25,234 bases of DNA from Verrucomicrobiia bacterium (GTDB lineage Bacteria > Verrucomicrobiota > Verrucomicrobiia > Limisphaerales > UBA11358): contig DASYZW010000541.1 of assembly GCA_035945915.1 (NCBI GenBank), forward strand, positions 1-25,234, in the 5' to 3' direction. Positions 7,332 to 16,441 of this stretch are shown here, in pieces (within the stretch, counting starts at the first letter, position 1; each line of letters starts with the position of its first letter). The notes under the pieces are model-generated. The model worked only from the letters and a program-made list of their open reading frames with translations. It had not been told where the DNA came from and did no database searches. The position numbers and the translations under genes are program-made.

Positions 7332-8813
7332 ATGAACATTGAAAATAAAAACGAACCAACGCACCCCCCCTCGGTCTTCCGCAACTGGCTGAGCTGGGCT
7401 GGATTTATCGTCGGGCTGGGCGCACTCTTCTCGTTCCTGCTTTTGTTCATGCTGGACGCGGTTGCGCATTTTTCGAGCCCTTATATTGGAATCCTTACGT
7501 TTTGCATCGTGCCGGCATTTTTGATTTCCGGGATTGGGCTGGCAATCGCCGGGGCCTGGCTCGAGCGGCGAAAGCGGCAGCGGGGCAATATTTCCGTGCC
7601 GCGAATGCAAATTGACCTTTCCGACGCGCGTGACCGGAAACGACTGGGCATCTTTGTGATCGGGAGCTTCGTATTCATTATGCTTTCGGCGGTAGGCAGT
7701 TACAACGCCTTTGAAATCACGGAATCGGTCCCGTTTTGCGGCGAAACGTGTCATACAGTCATGAAGCCGGAATTGACCACCCACGATCACGGGCCGCACG
7801 CGCGGGTGGCGTGCGTGGCCTGTCACGTGGGGCCGGGCGCGTCGTGGTTTGTGCGATCAAAGATTACCGGCTCGTACCAGCTTTACGCCGTAGCATTTCA
7901 TAAATATCCAACTCCGATTCCAACCCCCATTAAGAATTTGCGCCCGGCGCGCGAGACGTGCGAGCAATGCCATTGGCCCAAGTCCTTTGTCGGGAACCTG
8001 GACCGCACGTACGATTACTTCCAGGACGACGTTTCAAACACGCCGTATTCCATTCGGCTGCTTTTGAAAGTTGGCGCGGGCGACCCGGAGGAAGCCGGCA
8101 CCGCGCCTCCCGGCGGCATCCACTGGCATATCCTCAGCGGCAATACCGTGGAATACATCGCAACGGACGCGGCACGGCAAAACATCCCGTGGGTGCGGCT
8201 GACCGATGCGCAGGGCACCGTGACGGTCTTCCGCGCCCCGCGATTTACCAACGACATCAGCCATTATGAAATCCGCAAAATGGACTGCATGGATTGCCAT
8301 AACCGTCCCGCTCACCGCTATCAGCCGCCTGAATTTGCCGTCAACCATGCCCTTGCGGAAAGACGGATAGACCCGACGCTGCCCTGGATCAAGACCAACG
8401 CCGTGTATGTGCTGACCCGCCCGTACACAACTGAAGAAGAGGCCCGCACGGGCATCGCGACCGGCTTGTCCGAGCGTTATCCGAATGACGCCCGGATCAA
8501 ACCTGCGATCGCGGTCGTGCAACAGATTTACTCCGACAATTTCTTCCCGGAAATGAAGGCCGACTGGAGCAAATATCCCGACAACATCGGCCACATGATT
8601 TGGCCGGGTTGTTTTCGGTGCCACGACGGCCTGCACAAAACGGACGACGGCCGGCGCACGATCAAGGCCGATGACTGCAACTCGTGCCACACGATCCTCG
8701 CACAGGGGAGCGGCGCGGACCTCCTGAAAATGACGACCGGAGGGCAGCAATTTAATCACACGGGTGGCGATTATGACCTTGGATGTTCAGCCTGCCATAC
8801 CGGCGGACCATAG
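7332..8813 (+). CDS. Membrane-anchored NapC/NirT-family heptaheme cytochrome c (ImcH-like quinol oxidase)
   Basis: Three N-terminal hydrophobic segments, then CGETCH, CVACH, CEQCH, CMDCH, CFRCH, CNSCH and CSACH. The start is 7332 (MNIENK) or 7305. Confidence 0.85.
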   Translation: MNIENKNEPTHPPSVFRNWLSWAGFIVGLGALFSFLLLFMLDAVAHFSSPYIGILTFCIVPAFLISGIGLAIAGAWLERRKRQRGNISVPRMQIDLSDARDRKRLGIFVIGSFVFIMLSAVGSYNAFEITESVPFCGETCHTVMKPELTTHDHGPHARVACVACHVGPGASWFVRSKITGSYQLYAVAFHKYPTPIPTPIKNLRPARETCEQCHWPKSFVGNLDRTYDYFQDDVSNTPYSIRLLLKVGAGDPEEAGTAPPGGIHWHILSGNTVEYIATDAARQNIPWVRLTDAQGTVTVFRAPRFTNDISHYEIRKMDCMDCHNRPAHRYQPPEFAVNHALAERRIDPTLPWIKTNAVYVLTRPYTTEEEARTGIATGLSERYPNDARIKPAIAVVQQIYSDNFFPEMKADWSKYPDNIGHMIWPGCFRCHDGLHKTDDGRRTIKADDCNSCHTILAQGSGADLLKMTTGGQQFNHTGGDYDLGCSACHTGGP

Positions 8814-8850
8814 CCGTTTTTCATGGGTCTGCCGTTCGCCCGGCGCCAGA

Positions 8851-10965
8851 TTGACCTGGCGCCGATGGCTCATCGTTATTTTATTCTTGATCGGGAGCTT
8901 CGTTGGCCGAGCGGCCGATACCAACGGACTTGCCAACTCAGATTGCCTTGATTGCCATACCGACCCGACAACCGCCCGGGTCGTCAATGGCAAAAATGTC
9001 CCGCTCGCCGTTTTTCCCACCAATAGTTTTAATTTCTCCGTCCACGCCAAACTGAGCTGCACGGATTGTCATACGGGCGTGAAAGAATTGGTGCATGACC
9101 CGGGACTGCCGCCGCCGGATTGCGGACATTGCCATCAGAAAGAAGCCGCCCAATACGCCACCAGCATTCACGGCATCAGCCATGCCCTGGGCGCCTCGGG
9201 CGCCGCCAACTGCTGGGATTGCCACGGCTCGCACGATATCCTGCCCGTGAGCGACAGTCGCTCGCCGGTGTTCAAGCTGAATCTTCCGCAGACCTGCGCG
9301 AAATGCCATAGCAATCCCAATCTCACCCAGGAATACGAAATCAAACATCCGGAAGCGGCGTCCCAATACATGGAAAGCATCCATGGCCGCGCCTTGCTGA
9401 AGATGGGCCTGATTGTGGCGCCTTCCTGCAATGACTGTCACGGTGTCCATGATATCAAGCGCCCGGTGGACAGGGATTCGCCCGTCAACCATGCCAACAT
9501 CGCGCGGACCTGCGGCAAATGTCACTTCGGAATCGAGCAAACCTACGAGCACAGCATTCACGGCAAGCTGCTCGCGCAGGGCGACCCGCGGGCGCCGGTC
9601 TGCACCGATTGCCATACCGCGCACGATATCGTGGATCCTGACAACAAGAATTTCAAAGCCGTCAGCGACGCTCGTTGCGGCACGTGCCATGAGGACCGGC
9701 TCAAATACTACGGGGAAACCTATCACGGCAAGGCCATGGCGCTGGGCCAACCCAACGTCGCCCCCGAAGTAGCCGCCTGTTACGACTGCCACGGCTATCA
9801 CGACGTGCTGCCCGCCTCCGACCCGGCCTCACACTTGTCCCGCACAAACATCCTGGCGACCTGCCAAAAATGTCATGCGGGCGCGACCATCGGATTCACG
9901 GAATATCGCCCGCACGCCAACCCGATGGACGCGAAAAACTATCCCTTGTTTCACCTGGTATTCATGTGCATGACGGGTTTGCTCATCGGGACATTCGCCT
10001 TTTTCGGGCTTCACACGGTCGCGTGGCTTGTGCGGGCGACGTACCTTTATATGCATGACTCCAAGGCGTTCCGCGAATCCAAGATCGCGACGCAAACAGA
10101 TGGAGAATGGTTTACGCGTTTTATCCCGTTCGAACGGTTGCTGCACATCATGGTGGTGTCCAGCTTCCTGTTGTTGGTGATTACCGGCATGCCCCTGAAG
10201 TTTTACTACACCGGCTGGGCCAAGGCCATTTTCGCAATCATCGGCGGCCCGGAAACCGCGCGGACGCTTCACCGTTTTGGCGCGATCATTACCTTCATCT
10301 ATTTCAGCCTTCACCTGAGCTCGCTGGCCGGCAAGGCCTGGAAAGGCCGTAAAACGTTGCGCGCCGAAGACGGCAAGCTCCGGCTAAAACGGCTTTGGGG
10401 GGTCTTGTTCGGTCCTGATTCGATGATGCCTTCGTTGCAGGATTGGCGCGACTTCGTGGCGCACAATAAATGGTTCTTCGGCAAAGGCCCAAAGCCGCAA
10501 TTCGATCGCTGGACCTATTGGGAGAAATTCGATTACTTCGCCGTGTTTTGGGGCGTCGCGGTGATTGGCGCGTCGGGATTGTTCATGTGGTTTCCGACGT
10601 TTTTCACCCGGTATCTGCCCGGATGGATCATCAATGTCGCGCTGATCGTGCATTCCGATGAAGCGCTGCTCGCGGCGGGATTCATTTTTTCCATCCATTT
10701 TTTCAACACCCATTTCCGGATTGAAAAGTTCCCCATGGACACGGTCATTTTCTCCGGGCGCGTTTCCAAAACGGAAATGCTCCATGAGCGGAAGCGCTGG
10801 TACGACCGCCTGGTCGCCAGCGGAAAGCTCGATGAACACCGAGTCCGTGATGAATGGTTCCGATGGAAAAACATCGCGCGCTTTTTCGGCTACTTCTTCT
10901 TTGGCCTGGGCATGGTGCTCCTTGGGCTCATCATTTACGCAATGATCACGCGGCTTGAGCATTAA
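8851..10965 (+). CDS. 11-heme cytochrome c fused to a cytochrome b (FdnI/HydC-like) membrane domain; CbcL-like, copy 1
   Basis: Signal-like MTWRRWLIVILFLIGSFVGRAA from TTG 8851 (the track start at 8764 overlaps the upstream gene). It has 11 CxxCH, then TM helices with His in ERLLHIM, RTLHRF, IVHSDE and SIHFFNTH. Confidence 0.87.
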   Translation: MTWRRWLIVILFLIGSFVGRAADTNGLANSDCLDCHTDPTTARVVNGKNVPLAVFPTNSFNFSVHAKLSCTDCHTGVKELVHDPGLPPPDCGHCHQKEAAQYATSIHGISHALGASGAANCWDCHGSHDILPVSDSRSPVFKLNLPQTCAKCHSNPNLTQEYEIKHPEAASQYMESIHGRALLKMGLIVAPSCNDCHGVHDIKRPVDRDSPVNHANIARTCGKCHFGIEQTYEHSIHGKLLAQGDPRAPVCTDCHTAHDIVDPDNKNFKAVSDARCGTCHEDRLKYYGETYHGKAMALGQPNVAPEVAACYDCHGYHDVLPASDPASHLSRTNILATCQKCHAGATIGFTEYRPHANPMDAKNYPLFHLVFMCMTGLLIGTFAFFGLHTVAWLVRATYLYMHDSKAFRESKIATQTDGEWFTRFIPFERLLHIMVVSSFLLLVITGMPLKFYYTGWAKAIFAIIGGPETARTLHRFGAIITFIYFSLHLSSLAGKAWKGRKTLRAEDGKLRLKRLWGVLFGPDSMMPSLQDWRDFVAHNKWFFGKGPKPQFDRWTYWEKFDYFAVFWGVAVIGASGLFMWFPTFFTRYLPGWIINVALIVHSDEALLAAGFIFSIHFFNTHFRIEKFPMDTVIFSGRVSKTEMLHERKRWYDRLVASGKLDEHRVRDEWFRWKNIARFFGYFFFGLGMVLLGLIIYAMITRLEH

Positions 10966-11034
10966 CGCAATTGCTGTCCATATAAAAGCAACCTAAGCAC
11001 AGCTTTTAAATGCCTCGGCACCGATAGTTAATTG

Positions 11035-12762
11035 ATGTGCCGCGGACCTTTCATTATCGCCGTGGTGTTGCTGACGTCCCGGCTGTTTGCCGCCGCGCCG
11101 AGCGACAGCGATTGCCTCGATTGCCACGGCGATAACACGCTTACCAAAACCAATGCTGACGGGCGGGTTTTGTCGATGTTTGTCGATGCGGCCCGTCTGG
11201 CCGCCTCCGTTCACCGGACCAATTCCTGCGTGAGTTGCCACACGGACGCGACAGCGCGGCATCCCGACGATAATATCCAGCTTAAGCCGGTCAATTGCGC
11301 CGACTGCCATCTGCGCCAGACCCAGAGTTATGACGCCAGCGTGCATGGCGTGGCGCTTCGAGCCGGCCACCCTGATGCGGCGACGTGCCAGGACTGCCAT
11401 GATTCTCACGATATTCTTTCGGGCGAATCAGCGCTCTCGCCGATGTTTTTCTCGCGGCAGCCGCAGACCTGCGGCCGTTGCCATCCCAACGAAGCCGCCG
11501 ACTGGGCCGCGAGCGTCCATGGCAAGGCAGTTGTCGCGGGAAATCGAGACGCGCCCGTTTGCACGGACTGTCATTCTGAGCATAAAATCCAATCGCTCAA
11601 AAGCAGCCTCCAAATTTCCGAGGAAGTATGCGGGCGCTGCCATGCGTCGGAGCAACTAAACACGAAATACAATTTGCCGGATGACCGGGTAAAGACGTTT
11701 TTTGAAAGCTACCATGGCTTGGCGTCAGAATACGGCTCGACCGTTGCGGCGAACTGCGCCAGTTGCCACGGCTACCACAAAATTCTCCCTTCATCCGATC
11801 CCAATTCCACGATCAATCGCGCGCACCTGGTCGCGACGTGCGGAAAATGCCATCCGGGCGATACTTCGAACTTCGCGTTTGGCCGCATCCATGTGGCGCC
11901 GGACGGGCAGGCGGCCGGTTCTGAAATCAGCGTTCGGGTGAATCGCTGGGTGCGTGAAGCCTATCTCACGCTCATTTTTGGCGTGGTCGGGGCGATGTTC
12001 GCGCACAATTTCCTGCTGTTTCTGAAAAAGACCATGGCGCGCCTGCGCGCCAGCGCGCGACCCGTCCTGCGGATGAGCCTGGCGCAACGCTGGCAACATT
12101 TTGTGCTGGCGGGCAGTTTCATTGTCCTCGCAATCACCGGTTTTGCCCTCAAATTCCCGGATTCATTGCTTGCCAAACTGCTTGGCGCAAGCGAACCCGT
12201 TCGCAGATGGATGCATCGCATCGCCGGGGTTGTCCTGCTGCTGGCCGGCCTGTGGCATTTGATCTATCTGTTTTCGACCAAAGAGGGCCGCCGGCTTGTG
12301 CGCGATTTGTTCCCGGTCAAAAAAGACCTTTTCGATGCCGGGCGCGCCGTGCGGTACCTATGCGGTTTCACAAATGAAAAACCGCAGATCGGACGGTTCG
12401 GCTATGCCGAAAAGATGGAGTATTGGGCCGTGGTTTGGGGGACGGTGATCATGGGCGTGACCGGTTTGATGGTTTGGTTTAAGATCAGCGTGACCGACTG
12501 GGCGCCGCGCTGGGTCGTGGATGTAGCGCTGACCATCCACTATTACGAAGCCCTGCTTGCATGCCTGGCGATCATCGTCTGGCATTTCTACCACGTTATC
12601 TTTGATCCTGATGTTTATCCCATCAATCCGGCCTGCCTCGACGGGCGCGTCACCGAAGAATGGCATGAGCACGAACATCCGATGGCAGTCGAGCGGATGA
12701 TTAAGGCGCCGACAAAACGGCAAGCGAGAGAACCCGTCGAAAGCGGATCCCATCCACAATAA
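11035..12762 (+). CDS. 9-heme cytochrome c fused to a cytochrome b domain; CbcL-like, copy 2
   Basis: Signal peptide, 9 CxxCH, and TM His in RWQHFV, WMHRIA, TIHYYE and VWHFYH. Nine hemes plus a b-type domain is the architecture described for Geobacter CbcL. Confidence 0.87.
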   Translation: MCRGPFIIAVVLLTSRLFAAAPSDSDCLDCHGDNTLTKTNADGRVLSMFVDAARLAASVHRTNSCVSCHTDATARHPDDNIQLKPVNCADCHLRQTQSYDASVHGVALRAGHPDAATCQDCHDSHDILSGESALSPMFFSRQPQTCGRCHPNEAADWAASVHGKAVVAGNRDAPVCTDCHSEHKIQSLKSSLQISEEVCGRCHASEQLNTKYNLPDDRVKTFFESYHGLASEYGSTVAANCASCHGYHKILPSSDPNSTINRAHLVATCGKCHPGDTSNFAFGRIHVAPDGQAAGSEISVRVNRWVREAYLTLIFGVVGAMFAHNFLLFLKKTMARLRASARPVLRMSLAQRWQHFVLAGSFIVLAITGFALKFPDSLLAKLLGASEPVRRWMHRIAGVVLLLAGLWHLIYLFSTKEGRRLVRDLFPVKKDLFDAGRAVRYLCGFTNEKPQIGRFGYAEKMEYWAVVWGTVIMGVTGLMVWFKISVTDWAPRWVVDVALTIHYYEALLACLAIIVWHFYHVIFDPDVYPINPACLDGRVTEEWHEHEHPMAVERMIKAPTKRQAREPVESGSHPQ

Positions 12763-12813
12763 ATCCGGGATCCTCCCATACAAAAGCCGAAAGGGCGGTG
12801 TCTATCCAATGGC

Positions 12814-13305
12814 ATGAAACACTCGATTCGTTGGATGGTTGCTCTTGTGGCATCCTGCGCCATTTGTTCGACCATTTCTTATCAAAGCGCTTATCACTCC
12901 GGGTATTGCAACGGTTACCGCCAGGGTTCGGTAACCGGACTTACTTGCGGCGCTTTCGCCGAAAGTCTTACCCTGCTTGTATCATTGGAAAAACTTCGAC
13001 ACGGTGACATTCCGGCAGCCACCCGATGGATTGAGACGACTTGCTTTGGACGGGCAAACTCCCTTTTTAAATACCCGCCTCCGATGACTGGAACGGCCGG
13101 GCACTGGATAAAAGCGAACGAGTTGCTGCAGAGTCCCGACCCGGAAATGGCCCGGGCATTGGCGAAAGGATTGTCAGTTTATCGCGCGGCTTATCGAACA
13201 AATAGCGCCGACTGGGATACTACCGAGAAAAACCTTGATGCCGAGATCGCTAAGATAAAATCAGATAATTCCAAAGCGTGGGCGGGCATCGTTATCACAA
13301 ATTAG
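12814..13305 (+). CDS. Hypothetical protein with N-terminal signal/TM segment (orphan-like)
   Basis: 163-aa ORF that fills the gap between the convergent operons. No recognisable motif; lower GC than its neighbours. Confidence 0.6.
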   Translation: MKHSIRWMVALVASCAICSTISYQSAYHSGYCNGYRQGSVTGLTCGAFAESLTLLVSLEKLRHGDIPAATRWIETTCFGRANSLFKYPPPMTGTAGHWIKANELLQSPDPEMARALAKGLSVYRAAYRTNSADWDTTEKNLDAEIAKIKSDNSKAWAGIVITN

Positions 13306-13345
13306 GCTCATCCGGATCCTTCCAAAAAAGAATTTCAATGAATCA

Positions 13346-13371
13346 GGCGAGCATTGCCAATTACCTCGCCC
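13346..13371 (-). terminator. Possible hairpin/terminator downstream of pntB
   Basis: GGCGAG (13346-13351) and CTCGCC (13365-13370) form a stem between convergent genes. The minus-strand U-tract (13324-13329) is offset by about 16 nt, so the signal is atypical. Confidence 0.25.
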
Positions 13372-13397
13372 GTAAAGATGCCCATTGACGCCGTTGA

Positions 13398-14809
<1,412 letters not shown>

Positions 14810-14813
<4 letters not shown>

Positions 14814-15091
14814 TGTGATTTTTTCTTCTTAAACATTTGCAGCATACGGTCCGTGACCATAAATCCGCCAAAAACATTGGCAGAGCCGAATACCACCGCG
14901 ACAAATCCCAGGCCCTGCGCCAGCGGAGTGGACGCATCCGCCAGGACGAGGATGCCGCCAAACAGGATGATTCCGTGGATGGCGTTGGTTCCTGACATCA
15001 ACGGCGTATGCAACATCGATGGCACCTTGGAGATGACTTCAAAGCCCACAAAGACCGACAGAATGAAGATAAAAAGAATATTGGTATCCAT
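14810..15091 (-). CDS. pntA: NAD(P) transhydrogenase subunit alpha part 2 (membrane)
   Basis: VPSMLHTPLMSGTNAIHGI and NVFGGFMVTDRMLQMF. It has a 4-bp overlap with pntB. Confidence 0.96.
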
Positions 15092-15095
15092 AAAA

Positions 15096-16229
15096 TTAAC
15101 CGGCCTTGCCGTTGAGTTTGGGATTCACGATTTTGCCGCCGTGCGTGATCAGGCAGCCATTGATGATTTCATCGTCCAGTTTGAGCACGAAAGACTTTGA
15201 ATTTTTGTCCCAAAATTCGCTGACAAGATTTACGAGATTCTCGGAATAAACCTGGCTGGCATGCAATGGAGCGCGTCCGGGCATGTTCGCAATGCCGACG
15301 ATTTTCACGCCGTTGCGATCAATGATTTTGTCGTACGCCACGCCTTCGACATTGCCGCCGGTTTCCACCGCCAAATCGACGACGACGCTGCCCGGTTTCA
15401 TGGCGTTGAGCATTTCGCCGGTGACGAGAATCGGCGCCTTGCGCCCGAAAACCTGCGCGGCGGTGATAACGACGTCCGATTCGCCGCACGTCTTCTTCAT
15501 GGCCTCGCGCTGTTTCTGGATTTGTTCGTCCGTCAACGCCTTGGCATATCCGTCCTTCGTCTGGCCGGTTTCGCCCAGGTCAATTTTCAGGAATTGCGCG
15601 CCCAGGGACTTCACCTGCTCTTCCACAACCGGGCGCGTGTCATAAGCGGTGACCTTTGCGCCGAGGCGCTTGGCGGTCGCGATCGCCTGCAACCCGGCCA
15701 CGCCGACCCCGATGATGAAAACCCTGGCCGGCAGAATGGTTCCCGCGGCCGTGGTCATCATGGGAAAAATCTTATTGGAATGCCGGGCGGCAAGGATGAC
15801 CGCCTCATAACCGCCCAGGTTTGCCTGCGACGACAGAACGTCCATCTTTTGCGCGCGGGTTGTGCGCGGGATAAATTCCATGCTGATGGCGCTGATATTT
15901 CGAGCGGCGAATTCCTGGATCAATTCCTTTTCGTTGAACGGGTCGAGCAGGCTCGCATGAATCGCCGCGGGTTTGAGCCAGCTCACTTCTTCGATGGGCG
16001 GTTTGCGGAGCCGCAGAACCAGATCGGCCGAGCCGACGAGATTCCGGCGGTCAGCGGTGACGGTCGCGCCGTTGCGCGCGTATTCATCGTCGGAAAAGCC
16101 CGCGGCGGCGCCAATACCCGCCTCAACCTCGACCTGCGCGCCGAGCTTGATGAGCTTGGAAACGCAGGCGGGCGTCAACGGCGCGCGCGTTTCACCGGGA
16201 TGAACTTCCTTAGGCGCAGAAATTTTCAT
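15096..16229 (-). CDS. pntA: NAD(P) transhydrogenase subunit alpha part 1 (NAD-binding dI)
   Basis: PKEVHPGETR, PRTTRAQKMDVLSSQANLGGY, IIGVGVAGLQAIATAKRLGA, DLAVETGGNV. Confidence 0.97.
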   Translation of the reverse strand: MKISAPKEVHPGETRAPLTPACVSKLIKLGAQVEVEAGIGAAAGFSDDEYARNGATVTADRRNLVGSADLVLRLRKPPIEEVSWLKPAAIHASLLDPFNEKELIQEFAARNISAISMEFIPRTTRAQKMDVLSSQANLGGYEAVILAARHSNKIFPMMTTAAGTILPARVFIIGVGVAGLQAIATAKRLGAKVTAYDTRPVVEEQVKSLGAQFLKIDLGETGQTKDGYAKALTDEQIQKQREAMKKTCGESDVVITAAQVFGRKAPILVTGEMLNAMKPGSVVVDLAVETGGNVEGVAYDKIIDRNGVKIVGIANMPGRAPLHASQVYSENLVNLVSEFWDKNSKSFVLKLDDEIINGCLITHGGKIVNPKLNGKAG

Positions 16230-16441
16230 CGATTGATTGGGTTTCGATTAATCATATGGTAAAGCAAAAACTGAGAAAGTCTAATTCAGGCTTTGGCGAC
16301 AGCGACCCATTTTGGTCTTACGGTTATTCTTGCCTTAGTTATCATCAGGATAATTTCGCGGTTATCATTCCATGACCGGATGAAAGCCGCTATCCGTCAG
16401 TTGCCAATTGTTGGACAAATCTTGGCCATGCACGGCGGCGG

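Noticed and set aside
8764-8850. ORF-track start of CbcL-like copy 1 inside the ImcH-like gene
   Set aside because: It gives a 50-bp overlap and a poor signal peptide. TTG 8851 is preferred, though not proven.
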